Position numbers and translations under genes: made by a program
Shown here: positions 35,951-46,006 of the stretch, one piece after another
Numbering within the stretch: the first letter of the stretch is position 1
Layout of the letters: every line of letters begins with the position of its first letter
Assembly: GCA_964250955.1 (NCBI GenBank)
Contig: CAXUIU010000001.1
Location: 1-56,022 of the forward strand
Direction of reading: 5' to 3'
From: an uncultured Chthoniobacterales bacterium
GTDB taxonomy: Bacteria; Verrucomicrobiota; Verrucomicrobiia; Chthoniobacterales; SZAS-18
Length of the DNA: 56,022 nt
Notes under the pieces: generated by a model
The model's database searches: none
The model's input: the letters and a program-made list of their open reading frames with translations, nothing else
Told to the model about the DNA's origin: nothing

Positions 35951-36375
35951 CTACCGCCCGGCCGGCGGGGTGGCAAGTGCGTTGCCGCCCGGCCGGCGCG
36001 GGGAGGCGGCGATGAGTTCGTCAAGCAGCGCAGAATACTCGGAGGAATTTATAGGGAGAGTCACCATTTTGTTACGCAAAGACGAAAGGAGCATGGCGTT
36101 GGCGAGTTCGACCGAGTGGATGCCTTCCTGGCCCGGGGCGAGCAGCGGTGCGCCCGAAAGGATGGCGTCGGCAAAGTTGGCGAGCACGGCGTGGTGCTGC
36201 CCGCCTGTGCTTCCGCTGGTGTCAACCGTACCTCCTGGCCGTCGGCAAACATGGCCCCGGCACCGGCAAAGCAGAGCCCGGGACCATAGCCCGCCAAGCC
36301 TGCTAGAATCTCCCGGGCATGATGCCCGCCCATCCCGCCGGCTCCGATAACTCCCAACCGCACCTTGTCTACCAT
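35951..36375 (-). pseudogene. Gfo/Idh/MocA oxidoreductase remnant with central deletion and frameshift
   Basis: N-terminal Rossmann start MVDKVRLGVIGAGGMGGHHA in one frame and the family's C-terminal GGQHHAVLANFADAILSGAPLLAPGQEGIHSVELANAMLLSS in another; only about 425 bp in total. Confidence 0.78.
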
Positions 36376-36383
36376 CCCGGCGC

Positions 36384-38666
36384 TCAATTCTGAATCATCT
36401 TCTCCAACGTCGGGTCGGGCGTGGCGCCCAGCGAAGTGGCGATGCGATAGTGTTCCTGCGCGCGGTCCTTGGATGGCGGCTGGTTCGTGGCGTAGATCAC
36501 GGCGATGTTGAAGTGCGCGTCGGCGTAGTTCGGATTGATGGCAATGGCCTTCTGGATTTCTTCCAATGCCGCCTCCGGCCAGCCCTTCTGGCTGGAGGTG
36601 ATGCCGAGGTAGTTGTGCGCGGTGGCATTGCGCGGGTCGCGCTGGATGGCCCGCGTCAGGTAGTTGAGCGCGTCGTCGTAGCGGTGCATCCGGTAGTAGA
36701 CGATGCCCAGCGTGGCGAGGCAGAACGCGTCGTCGGGCGTGATGGCGAGCGCCTTGCGCAGCGCGACCTCCGCACTCTTGAGCTTGTCTTGGCGGAAGAG
36801 CACGACGCCCTGGTTGGACAGCAGGTAGGCGTTCTTCGGCTCGCGGGCAAGAAGCTGGGTGTAGATGCGTTCAGCGTCCGTGTACTTGCCGCGCGAAAAG
36901 GAGTCGAGCGCGTCGCGTGCCATGGGCAGGAGTTCCTCGCTGACCAGCGGCTGCGTCGGCGCGCTCGTGCCTACCTTGGGCGAACCACCGCTGCTGCGGT
37001 TCGACGCGCCACGGGTCTGGTGATCGTCGGGTAGCGGGTCAGCCGAAGCGTTGTTGCGGTCGTAAGCCGTGGGGTCGGTGGCGGGATCGTTGCCGGCGTC
37101 CTTCGACCCCGCGGGCTGCCGGCCGCTGCCGACCTGCGCGATGGTCACGGCCATCGACGTGGTCGCATCCGCGTCCGCGACCGTGACCTGCGGGTCCTTG
37201 AAGAGCGCGCGCTCCTCGTCGGTCAACTGCACGGACGGGCGGCCGAGTTCCTCGATTTGGTTGTTGAGCGTGTTGCTCTGCACGTCGAGGCGGGCGAGTT
37301 CGTCGGTGAGGAGCTTCCGCGCCGCGATGCGCCGCGACTGGTCCTTCAACTCCTTCATGACGATGCCGCGCAGAAGTTCGTTCTCCTTGGTCATGCGCGC
37401 GAAATCCTCGCCCGTCTGCCCCTTGGCCTTCATGGCTTCGAGGTTCTTCGCGCCCTCGTCGAGCTGCTGGCGGAGTTCGGTGATCGTCGTGGCGGCACGG
37501 TCGTTCTGGTCACGGCTGGAGGCGAGTTGGTCGCGCAGGCCGGTCAGCTCCGACTGCATCCCGGCGAGTTCCCCCTTCTTTTTGACCGCCTCGTCGGTGA
37601 GGCTGACCACGCGCGCTTCGGCCGAGGCGAGCTTCTCGTTGAGGTTGGCGTTCTCGCCCTGGAGGGTCTGAATCTTCGTGACGGCGTCGCGGCCGAGTTC
37701 GACCTGCGCGGCGGCGTCATCGCGCTGCTTGGTGACTTCGGCAATGTGCTTCTCGTCGGCGGCCACGCGGTCGTCGAACTCCTGGCGCGTCTTGGCGATG
37801 CTGTCCATGTCGCCCTGTGCACGCAGGAGCTGACGCTTAAGGTCGGCCACCTGGTCACGCAGCTCCTTGCGTGTCTGGAGCGCGTCGGGCCCCTTGGCGG
37901 CGATGTCCTTGAGCCGGTCCTGGGCCTTGTTCAACCGCGCCTGGAGCCCGTCGCGGTCGGTCCGGGTCTGGTCGAACTTTTTCTGCGCCTCCTGCACCTG
38001 CCCGGCCAATTCGTCACGCTGCTTGGTGAGGGTTTGCTTCTGGTCGGCGAGGTCGTCGCGCTGCTTGGTAAGCGCCTGCCGCTCCTTCTGCGCCGCGGCG
38101 AGTGCGTCCTTCTTCTCCTGCTGGGCCTTTTTGAGTTCCTGCTGGGTGCGGTCGAGCTTGGCGCGCAGATCGGCCACGGTGCGGTCGAGCGCGTCGGTGG
38201 ATGCCGCGGGCGCGAGGCTGCCGGCGGAGCCGGGACGGACATCGGGCGTGGGCAGGTCGTCGTCGGCGGTCGCCGCGCCCGGGCGGGTGCCGGCCATGGG
38301 AGCGGGGGTGGCCGCCTGCAAGGTGCCTTTTTCCTCCAGCTGGCGGATGGTCTCGGTCGTGCTGCGCAGGCGGTAGCGGACGATGAGCGTTTGCCAGTTC
38401 GGATCGGTTTGGGAGAGTTGTTCGAGCAGACTGGCGGCGAAGCGGTACTTGGCGAGGGCCGGGGCGCGCTTGCCTTCCTGTTCGAGCTTCTCGGCCTGCT
38501 GAACGGAAGTGTACGCCTTTAGAAACACCTCGGACGGATCGCTCCTGTTCACCGCCTCCGACACGGCGGCTTGTGCGCGGACCGTCTCCCCGAGCGGCAG
38601 CAGGCTGGCAACGCCGGCCAGCGCGCATGCCGTCATGGCGTTACGGAGGAAACGGGGAATCTTCAT
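36384..38666 (-). CDS. Exported long coiled-coil protein with C-terminal TPR repeats
   Basis: Signal peptide, heptad-rich central region, TPRs (LSNQGVVLF, LATLGIVYY, AHNYLGI, YADAHFNIAV). Start trimmed to ATG at 38666. Confidence 0.88.
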   Translation of the reverse strand: MKIPRFLRNAMTACALAGVASLLPLGETVRAQAAVSEAVNRSDPSEVFLKAYTSVQQAEKLEQEGKRAPALAKYRFAASLLEQLSQTDPNWQTLIVRYRLRSTTETIRQLEEKGTLQAATPAPMAGTRPGAATADDDLPTPDVRPGSAGSLAPAASTDALDRTVADLRAKLDRTQQELKKAQQEKKDALAAAQKERQALTKQRDDLADQKQTLTKQRDELAGQVQEAQKKFDQTRTDRDGLQARLNKAQDRLKDIAAKGPDALQTRKELRDQVADLKRQLLRAQGDMDSIAKTRQEFDDRVAADEKHIAEVTKQRDDAAAQVELGRDAVTKIQTLQGENANLNEKLASAEARVVSLTDEAVKKKGELAGMQSELTGLRDQLASSRDQNDRAATTITELRQQLDEGAKNLEAMKAKGQTGEDFARMTKENELLRGIVMKELKDQSRRIAARKLLTDELARLDVQSNTLNNQIEELGRPSVQLTDEERALFKDPQVTVADADATTSMAVTIAQVGSGRQPAGSKDAGNDPATDPTAYDRNNASADPLPDDHQTRGASNRSSGGSPKVGTSAPTQPLVSEELLPMARDALDSFSRGKYTDAERIYTQLLAREPKNAYLLSNQGVVLFRQDKLKSAEVALRKALAITPDDAFCLATLGIVYYRMHRYDDALNYLTRAIQRDPRNATAHNYLGITSSQKGWPEAALEEIQKAIAINPNYADAHFNIAVIYATNQPPSKDRAQEHYRIATSLGATPDPTLEKMIQN

Positions 38667-38818
38667 GTCAGGAGAGGAGGCCCAATCGACGCAGGCGATC
38701 AGGAAAACCGGCGGACAGTAGCAATGTACACCACGACGCCCGTCGGTTGACAGTGCAAAGTGCGTGCGGCAGATTGCCACGCGTCCGCCAGCGTCCGGCC
38801 GGGCGTACCCTGTCTCGC

Positions 38819-39439
38819 GTGCAAAGCGTCCTGGATCGTCCCGTTCTGGTGCTCAACCGGCTCTGGCAAGCCGTGAATGTCTGCACCGCGCGCCGCGCCT
38901 TCAACCTGCTCTACGAGGGCCACGCCCAGGTCGTCGCCACGGAGAGCGAAGACGGCGACCGGCAGTTCCTGACGCACGATTTCGAGAGTTGGCGTGACCT
39001 GTCGGAGCGTTCACCCGAGCCGGTGATGATCCAAGGCGTTTCGCTGAAGATCCGCGTGCCGCGCGTCATCGTACTGTCGATCTTCGACCGGCTGCCGAAG
39101 AAGGAGATCAAGTTCACCCGGCACAACATCTTCGAGCGCGACAACAACACCTGCCAGTATTGCGGGCGGGTGTTCGACCGGAAGGAACTCAACCTCGACC
39201 ACGTCCTGCCGCGCGACAAAGGCGGCCTGACCACCTGGGAAAACGTCGTCTGCTCTTGTATCCGCTGCAACACGCGCAAGGGCAACAAGCTAGCCCACGA
39301 AGCTCACATGCAGCTCATCCGCAAGCCCAAGCGACCGAAGTGGCGGCCGTTCCTGCACCTGACGTGGGGCGGCCAGCACGACGAAAGCTGGAAGCACTTC
39401 GTGGACGTGGCTTACTGGAACGCGGAGTTGGGCGACTGA
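38819..39439 (+). CDS. Stand-alone HNH endonuclease (McrA/HNH_5-like)
   Basis: VLVLN N terminus, FTRHNIFERDNNTCQYCG, LNLDHVLPRDKGG, WENVVCSCIRCNTRKG. GTG start at 38819. Confidence 0.92.
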   Translation: MQSVLDRPVLVLNRLWQAVNVCTARRAFNLLYEGHAQVVATESEDGDRQFLTHDFESWRDLSERSPEPVMIQGVSLKIRVPRVIVLSIFDRLPKKEIKFTRHNIFERDNNTCQYCGRVFDRKELNLDHVLPRDKGGLTTWENVVCSCIRCNTRKGNKLAHEAHMQLIRKPKRPKWRPFLHLTWGGQHDESWKHFVDVAYWNAELGD

Positions 39440-39523
39440 CGCGCCGTTGCGGTGCCGCCAGCGGCGACGCTGTCAGAGAAGACCTTCCGGTAGCGTGCCC
39501 GCAGGGCACCTCGCAAAGTCCCT

Positions 39524-41077
39524 TCAACGCGCCACCGCGGACACCACCGCCGGCTTCGCCAACGCCCCGCCGAGCGCGGGCATCGGGTACACGCCGAGTA
39601 CGAAGATCGTCACCACCAAGGCAACGATGGTGAACCGCGTGACTAGCCCGACCGGGATCGGCGCGGTGGCTTCCTGACCGGTCGCTCCGGATTGGAAGTA
39701 CATCGCGCGCACTACCCGCAGGTAGTAATAGAAGCCGCAGCCAACCGTGACCACCCCGATGGCCGTGAGGAGGTACTGTTTCTGTGCGAGCGCGACCGAG
39801 AACACGAGGAACTTACCGAAGAACCCGCCGGTGAACGGCAGTCCCGCCAATGACGCCATCGCCGTCAGCATGGCAAAGGCGAGGAACGGCGAACGCTTGG
39901 CCAATCCGTTGAAGTCCGCGATGTCGTCGCCCGCGGAGTGGTTGGCGACGACGATCATCACCATGAAGGACAGCAACGTCATCGGCAGGTAAGCGGCCAG
40001 GTAGAACGACACCGCCTGACTCGGCAACACGCCACCGGGAACCGTCTCGGGAGAGTTGTTCAGCGACGCCGCGCCGACGAGCGCAACAAGGAGGTAGCCC
40101 GCGTGCGCGATGCTCGAATACGCCAGCAGGCGCTTGAGATTATTCTGCGGCAACGCGGCGAGATTGCCGTAGATCAACGTCGCCGCCGCCAGTACGACCA
40201 GAATGGTCGTCATGCGCCCGGCGATGGCCTGCGCGTAGAAGAACGTCAGCAGCACGCGCATGAACACCACGAAGCCTGCCGCCTTCGAGCCAACGGATAA
40301 AAATGCCGTCACCGGCGTCGGCGCGCCTTGGTAAACGTCCGGCACCCAGATCTGGAACGGCACGGCCGCGATCTTGAAGCCCAAGGCGATGACGAGCAGG
40401 AAAAACGCGAACATCAACGGAGCCGTGCTCGCCGTCGTGCCGGCCGGGTACATCCGCGCCAGCGCCGCGGAGACGGCGGCGAGGTTGGTCTGGCCCGTGA
40501 TCCCGAAAATCCAGGTGATGCCGTACACGAAGAATCCCGTCGAGAGCGCGCCGAGGATAAGGTACTTCACACCTGCCTCCAACGACGCCGCGTTTCGCCG
40601 GGTGTAGCTGACGAGCACGTAAAAGGAAATCGTGACGAGTTCGAGCGAGACGAAAATCATCACGAAGTCCACCGCTGAGGCCATCCACATCAACCCCGCG
40701 CACGTCAGCACGGGCAGGGCAAGAAACTCGCCGAGGCCGCCGTGTTCGCTGGCGCCCGGGGTGAACTTGCGTACCACCACGAGGTAATCCACCGACATGA
40801 CCAGGACGATGGCCGTCGTGAGGAGGGCGAAGCGTTTGAAGAACAAAGCCGGCGCGTCCAGGCTGTAGAAGGACTGGTAGGCGGCGTTCGTGTCGGTGTT
40901 GGAAAGGGTGTCCGACACCGGGTGCGCGCCGTAACTGGCCGCGAACACGGCGAGCAGGCCGGCGACGCCGATCCAGGCGAGGACGCGCTTGTCGCCGTTG
41001 ATGAACAGCTCGCAGATCAACAACAACAAACCCAAGCCAAGAACCGCGGCTTCCAGGATGTACGGGGGCAGGTGCAT
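39524..41077 (-). CDS. nuoN: NADH-quinone oxidoreductase subunit N
   Basis: EAGVKYLILG, GFKIAAVPFQIWVPDVYQGAPTP, KRLLAYSSIAHAGY; operon position. Confidence 0.96.
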   Translation of the reverse strand: MHLPPYILEAAVLGLGLLLLICELFINGDKRVLAWIGVAGLLAVFAASYGAHPVSDTLSNTDTNAAYQSFYSLDAPALFFKRFALLTTAIVLVMSVDYLVVVRKFTPGASEHGGLGEFLALPVLTCAGLMWMASAVDFVMIFVSLELVTISFYVLVSYTRRNAASLEAGVKYLILGALSTGFFVYGITWIFGITGQTNLAAVSAALARMYPAGTTASTAPLMFAFFLLVIALGFKIAAVPFQIWVPDVYQGAPTPVTAFLSVGSKAAGFVVFMRVLLTFFYAQAIAGRMTTILVVLAAATLIYGNLAALPQNNLKRLLAYSSIAHAGYLLVALVGAASLNNSPETVPGGVLPSQAVSFYLAAYLPMTLLSFMVMIVVANHSAGDDIADFNGLAKRSPFLAFAMLTAMASLAGLPFTGGFFGKFLVFSVALAQKQYLLTAIGVVTVGCGFYYYLRVVRAMYFQSGATGQEATAPIPVGLVTRFTIVALVVTIFVLGVYPMPALGGALAKPAVVSAVAR

Positions 41078-41086
41078 AAAACGAAG

Positions 41087-42700
41087 TCAGCCGTGCGCCG
41101 CCGCTCCGTCCGCAGGCAAGGACGCCGATGGCTCGGAGGCATCGGAGGGTGTGCGGCCGTCGGCTTTGGTGGGCAGCGCGTAGTTGATGGCGGGCTTGAT
41201 CGTCTCGGTCAAGGTACCTGGCCGGAAGCCAACCACCACCAACCCGAGGATGAGCAACGCCAAAGCCCAGCGCCGGCTGCCGACGAGGTCGGCGAACGCG
41301 ACGGCGGGTGCCGCGGGCACGTTGTCCGAAGTCACCCGCGCCTCACCCAGGAAAACGCGCCGGTAAGCCCGCAGCATGTAGACGGCCGACATCACCACGC
41401 CCCACAGTGCGATCACGGTAGCGACTTGGTGATGGTTGAAGAACCGTGCGCCTTTGCTCAGGACGTTCGACTCCGCGCCGAACGCTCCGAAGAACACCAT
41501 CACCTCTGAGGCGAAGTTAGCGAAGCCCGGCAGACCGATAGAAGCGAACAGCCCCAGTCCAAACACCAGCGCCAGATAAGGCATCGAACGCGCGAGACCA
41601 CCGAGTTCGTCCATGCGCAGAGTGCCGGTGCGCGACCGCACCTCCCCAGCCACGGCGAAGAGCACCGCGATGGACAACCCGTGCGCGAACATCAACGTCG
41701 CCGCGCCCGTCAGGCCGATAAGATTGAGGCTGGAGATACCCAGGAAGATGTAGCCCATGTGCATCACGCTCGAATAGCCCAACATCATGTCGAGGCGCTT
41801 CTGCGCGATGGTCACGAAGCCGACGTAGAGGATGTTCCCGGCGAGCAGCACGAGGAGCACGCTCATCCAGTGGTGCATCCCGTCGGGCAGGAGCGGCACG
41901 GCGATGCGGATCAGGCCGTAGAGGCCGAACTTCTTGAGCACACCCGCGTGCAGCATGGCTGCCGGAGTCGGTGCGGTGGCATACGCACTCGGTGCCCAGG
42001 TGTGGAAGGGAAAAAGCGAGATCAGCGTGCCGAAACCCACCAGCACCAGCGGGAAGACCCACACCTGGGTCGCGTGAGCGAGGGGATGGTTGAGTGCCGC
42101 CAGCTTCGTGAGATCGAACGTCCGATCCGCCAGGGGCAAATTGACGTACAATCCCACCAAACCGACCAGCAACACGAAGCTGCCCACGGCCAGGTAGATC
42201 GTGATCTTCCACGCCGCTGCAACGCGGTCGTCACCGTGCCCCCAGATGCCGATCAAGAGGAAGGTGGGAATCAGCGCGAGTTCGTGGAACGCGTAGAAAA
42301 AGAATAGGTCGAACGACACGAATGCCCCCATGCACCCCGCCGCGATGAAGAGTAGACACGCATAGAAGCCATTGGCGCCTTCTTCCATGCGCGGCGATAC
42401 CCACACGGCACTTAGTGTTACCAAACTAGTGAGCAACACCATCATCAAGCTCAGACCGTCCAGGCCAAGGCGAAAACTCAGGTCCAGCGCCGGGATCACC
42501 TCGAACATGCTGTAGGAGAACGGCCGGTCGTACACGGCCGCGAGCACCAGCGCGAACAGGAATGTGAACCACGCTGCCAGCAGCGAGGTCCGTCGCGCCG
42601 GCGCGCCGAAGAGCACCGCCAAGGCCGCGCCGAGGGGAACGAAAAGCACCAATGGCAGCAGGCTTTCGCCAACGGTCATGATGTGCGCGTGGTAAGTCAT
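41087..42700 (-). CDS. nuoM: NADH-quinone oxidoreductase subunit M
   Basis: LGLDGLS, ELALIP, FPFHTW, AGVLKKFG.YG, YSSVMHMG, GLPGFANF.SE. Confidence 0.95.
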   Translation of the reverse strand: MTYHAHIMTVGESLLPLVLFVPLGAALAVLFGAPARRTSLLAAWFTFLFALVLAAVYDRPFSYSMFEVIPALDLSFRLGLDGLSLMMVLLTSLVTLSAVWVSPRMEEGANGFYACLLFIAAGCMGAFVSFDLFFFYAFHELALIPTFLLIGIWGHGDDRVAAAWKITIYLAVGSFVLLVGLVGLYVNLPLADRTFDLTKLAALNHPLAHATQVWVFPLVLVGFGTLISLFPFHTWAPSAYATAPTPAAMLHAGVLKKFGLYGLIRIAVPLLPDGMHHWMSVLLVLLAGNILYVGFVTIAQKRLDMMLGYSSVMHMGYIFLGISSLNLIGLTGAATLMFAHGLSIAVLFAVAGEVRSRTGTLRMDELGGLARSMPYLALVFGLGLFASIGLPGFANFASEVMVFFGAFGAESNVLSKGARFFNHHQVATVIALWGVVMSAVYMLRAYRRVFLGEARVTSDNVPAAPAVAFADLVGSRRWALALLILGLVVVGFRPGTLTETIKPAINYALPTKADGRTPSDASEPSASLPADGAAAHG

Positions 42701-42718
42701 AGCGGGTCAGATCGGGGT

Positions 42719-44557
42719 TTAAGTGACGGCGAGATACACCAGCACCACCACGCCGATGCCGAAGAAGAAGGCGTACGCCTGGAGGTTGCCGACCTGGAGG
42801 AAGCGCAGGACAAACCCGGTCCCCCACGTCGCGCCGCTCACCCCGCGCACGCCGAGGCCGTCGATGATCCAGCGGTCGAACCATGCTGACAATGACGCGA
42901 GAGCATCCTGGGTGTTCCGCACGAGCGCCGCGTAGAGTTCGTCGACGTAAAACTTCCGCCGCAGGAACGGGAGGTACACCGGATCGACCGTGCGTCCGCG
43001 GTACACCACGAACCCGCTCAGCAAACCAAGCACAAATGCTCCGACCGCGATGTAGGGCACCAGTGCGAGCAGCCAACTGCCGCCCGGGTGGACTGCGTCC
43101 CCGCCAGGGTCGGCCTGATGCAGGAACGGTCCCGACACGAAGTGGTAACCGGCGAACACCGCCGGTACCGCTAAAATCACCAGCGGCCACGACATGACGG
43201 ACGGCACCTCGTGAGCATGGGCAACGGCCTTCGACCTTGTCTGGTTGAGGAACACGACGATGAACAGCCGCGTCATGTAGTACGCCGTCAAAAACGCCGT
43301 GAACAAGCCCAGCAAGCAAATCACGGTATGCTGACGAGCCATGGCGACGAGGATCTCGTCCTTGCTGAAGAACCCGCTGAAGAACGGACAGCCCATCAGT
43401 GCCAGTGTCCCGAGCAGGAACGTCCAGTACGTCACGGGCATCTTCGTGCGCAGGCCACCCATCTTCCAGATGTTCTGCTCGTGGTGCATGGCGTGGATCA
43501 CCGCGCCCGCGCCGAGGAAAAGCAGCGCCTTGAAGAAGGCGTGCGTAAAGAGGTGGAACATCGCCGCCTCGCTCGCCGAGCATCCCACCGCGCAGATCAT
43601 GTAGCCCAACTGCGACAGCGTCGAATAGGCCAAGACGCGCTTGATGTCGTTCTGCTGCGTGGCGATGAGCGCCGCGAACACCGCCGTGACGATGCCGACC
43701 CAGGCGATGACCTCGCACGCCACCGGCACGAGGTGGAGCAGGAACGTGATGCGCACGAGTAGGTACACGCCCGCCGCCACCATCGTCGCCGCGTGGATGA
43801 GCGCAGACACCGGTGTCGGGCCTTCCATCGCGTCCGGCAGCCAGACGTGGAGCGGCACCTGCGCGGACTTACCCATTGGCCCACAGAAGACGAACAATGT
43901 CGCCACCGTCAGGTACGGGATCGACGACGCGAGACCGTCCGGCCGCAGGTCGTTGGTGGTCAACGTTTCTTCGATGCCGTGGAAACTCACCTGCCCGGTG
44001 AAATTCCACAGCATCAGGATGCCGATCATGAACCCGAAGTCACCGATGCGGTTGACCAGGAACGCCTTGTTGGCCGCGTCAGCCGCCGCGTTGCGCTCGT
44101 ACCAGTGGCCGATGAGCAAGAAAGAGCTGACGCCGACCAGTTCCCAGAAGATGAACATCATCACGAAGTTGTCCGCCATGACGATGCCGAGCATCGAGAA
44201 CATGAACAGCGACAACCCGCCGAAGTACCGCGCCATGTCGCGGTCCTCGTGCATGTAGCCGAGCGAATAAACGTGCACGAGCAGACCCACGAACGTCACG
44301 ATCAGCAGCATCGGCGCGCTCAGGTTGTCCACCGTTAACCCGAACTCGATCAGGAGGTATGGCTGAAAATTCAACCACGCGAAGTGTCTGTGGATGTCGC
44401 CGTGGCGCGCCAACAACAGGCAACTGCCGACGAACGACACTGCCACAGCGGCCACCGAGAGGTAAGCGCTCACGCTCCGGCTACCGCGGGTCACGAGGAG
44501 GTTAAGCAGCACCGCTACCAGCGGGCTGAACAGGACGATCCAGGGAAGAAAAGGCAT
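42719..44557 (-). CDS. nuoL: NADH-quinone oxidoreductase subunit L
   Basis: VHVYSLGYM, WELVG, NRIGD, KSAQVPLHVWLPDAMEGPTPVSALIHAATMV, HAFFKALLFL. Start trimmed to ATG at 44557. Confidence 0.97.
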   Translation of the reverse strand: MPFLPWIVLFSPLVAVLLNLLVTRGSRSVSAYLSVAAVAVSFVGSCLLLARHGDIHRHFAWLNFQPYLLIEFGLTVDNLSAPMLLIVTFVGLLVHVYSLGYMHEDRDMARYFGGLSLFMFSMLGIVMADNFVMMFIFWELVGVSSFLLIGHWYERNAAADAANKAFLVNRIGDFGFMIGILMLWNFTGQVSFHGIEETLTTNDLRPDGLASSIPYLTVATLFVFCGPMGKSAQVPLHVWLPDAMEGPTPVSALIHAATMVAAGVYLLVRITFLLHLVPVACEVIAWVGIVTAVFAALIATQQNDIKRVLAYSTLSQLGYMICAVGCSASEAAMFHLFTHAFFKALLFLGAGAVIHAMHHEQNIWKMGGLRTKMPVTYWTFLLGTLALMGCPFFSGFFSKDEILVAMARQHTVICLLGLFTAFLTAYYMTRLFIVVFLNQTRSKAVAHAHEVPSVMSWPLVILAVPAVFAGYHFVSGPFLHQADPGGDAVHPGGSWLLALVPYIAVGAFVLGLLSGFVVYRGRTVDPVYLPFLRRKFYVDELYAALVRNTQDALASLSAWFDRWIIDGLGVRGVSGATWGTGFVLRFLQVGNLQAYAFFFGIGVVVLVYLAVT

Positions 44558-44597
44558 AGAGGCTACGTTTGGAAAAAAGACAACCCAACGCGCCGGG

Positions 44598-44918
44598 TCA
44601 GAACTGTAGTGTGTTGATGTCGTTGACCTGTACGGTCTGCTTCGCGCGGTAGAGCGCCACGATGATCGCCAAGCCGACGGCCACCTCCGCCGCGGCCACC
44701 GTGATGATGAAAAACACAAGCACCTGGGCGTTATAGTTGGGCGTGCCCTGCGCGGTGGGATTGAAGCGCGAGAAGGCTACCAGCGAGAGGTTGGCGGCGT
44801 TGAGCATCAACTCCAGGCACATGAAGATGATGAGGATGTTGCGCCGCAGCAGCACCCCGGCGAACCCGATGCAAAACAGCAGGCCGCTGACCAGAAGGTA
44901 ATCGTTGAGCGTGACCAC
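44598..44918 (-). CDS. nuoK: NADH-quinone oxidoreductase subunit K
   Basis: RRN...[21 protein letters not shown]. Confidence 0.96.
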   Translation of the reverse strand: MVTLNDYLLVSGLLFCIGFAGVLLRRNILIIFMCLELMLNAANLSLVAFSRFNPTAQGTPNYNAQVLVFFIITVAAAEVAVGLAIIVALYRAKQTVQVNDINTLQF

Positions 44919-44930
44919 AGGACGGGAAAT

Positions 44931-45431
44931 TTACTCCAGTTCGCGCTTGCTGAGCACGACCACGCCGACCGTGGCAACGAGGACCAAAACCCCGACAATC
45001 TGCAAAGGCAAATTGTAGCTCGTAAAGAGCGTGTGACCGACGCTCTGCACGTCGTTCACCGGTCCTGACAGCTCAGGCGCGGCAACGCGGCCAGCGGGAA
45101 AGTTGTTGAGTACGTGGACCAGCGCCCCGGCGAAAAGGAGGGCGATCAGCGCACCACCTCCGATGACGATGGGGTTCTTGTTCCGCCGTTGTCCCGCCCG
45201 TAGGTCGAGCAGCATGATGATGAACAAAAAAAGCACCATCACCGCCCCTGCGTACACAAGGATCTGGATGATCCCGATGAAAAACGCGTCCAGCGAAACG
45301 AAGAGCACCGCCAACGCGATGAAGCTAACCACCAAACTCAACGCGCTGGAGACCGGGTTCGGCTGCACGATCACCGAGACGCCGAAAGTCAGCATCAACA
45401 GCGCAAAAATCCAAAACAACACGGGACTCAT
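44931..45431 (-). CDS. nuoJ: NADH-quinone oxidoreductase subunit J
   Basis: NPVSSAL, QILVYAGAVMVLFLFIIMLL. Confidence 0.96.
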   Translation of the reverse strand: MSPVLFWIFALLMLTFGVSVIVQPNPVSSALSLVVSFIALAVLFVSLDAFFIGIIQILVYAGAVMVLFLFIIMLLDLRAGQRRNKNPIVIGGGALIALLFAGALVHVLNNFPAGRVAAPELSGPVNDVQSVGHTLFTSYNLPLQIVGVLVLVATVGVVVLSKRELE

Positions 45432-45452
45432 GGGCCGGGAACAGGTCGCTGC

Positions 45453-45986
45453 TTATTTCTTGTCGTTCCACTTGTGGACGAGGCCCGTCTTGAGGCCGCC
45501 GATCTCGTAGAGCTTGTCCTTGTGGTGGACCATCTCGTCACGCGTGACGCCCGTGATGACGTACTGCTTTTGCAGGAAAATGGCCGACTCCGGGCAGACC
45601 TCCTCGCACAACCCGCAGTAGATGCAGCGGATCATGTCGATGTCGAAAGCCTCTGGGTACTTCTCCACTTTGCGGAATTTGTCACCATCCGCGATCTCGC
45701 CGGGCTTGATCTTGATGGCGCGCGGCGGGCAGATGAATTCGCAAAGTTGACACGCCACGCAACGCTCGCGGTCATGCTCATCCTTCACGAGTGCAGGCGC
45801 ACCTCGATAGTAGTCGGGCAGGTGACTGTCCCACTTTTCCTCCGGGTACTGCATGGAAGTGCCTTTGGTCTTGCCGGTCAGCATTCGCCAGAAATGCCGG
45901 GTGGTGATCGCCAAACCGCTGAGAATGGAAGGAACGTAGAGTTTTTCCTTCAGCGAAAGTGCACGGCGAGAAACGGTGATTGCCAT
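45453..45986 (-). CDS. nuoI: NADH-quinone oxidoreductase subunit I
   Basis: QYPEE, CVACQLCEFICP, CIYCGLCEEVCP. Confidence 0.96.
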   Translation of the reverse strand: MAITVSRRALSLKEKLYVPSILSGLAITTRHFWRMLTGKTKGTSMQYPEEKWDSHLPDYYRGAPALVKDEHDRERCVACQLCEFICPPRAIKIKPGEIADGDKFRKVEKYPEAFDIDMIRCIYCGLCEEVCPESAIFLQKQYVITGVTRDEMVHHKDKLYEIGGLKTGLVHKWNDKK

Positions 45987-46006
45987 AAAATGAGAACGGA
46001 AGCCAG

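Noticed and set aside
35971-35986. Sigma-54-like TGGCAAG-N4-TTGC
   Set aside because: It is on the plus strand pointing away from dlt, with no downstream plus-strand gene, and is better explained as part of a hairpin.
38819-39439. HNH nuclease as a mobile element, Cas or defence system
   Set aside because: It belongs to a common stand-alone family. No repeats, methylase, cas genes, intron or terminal repeats were seen nearby.
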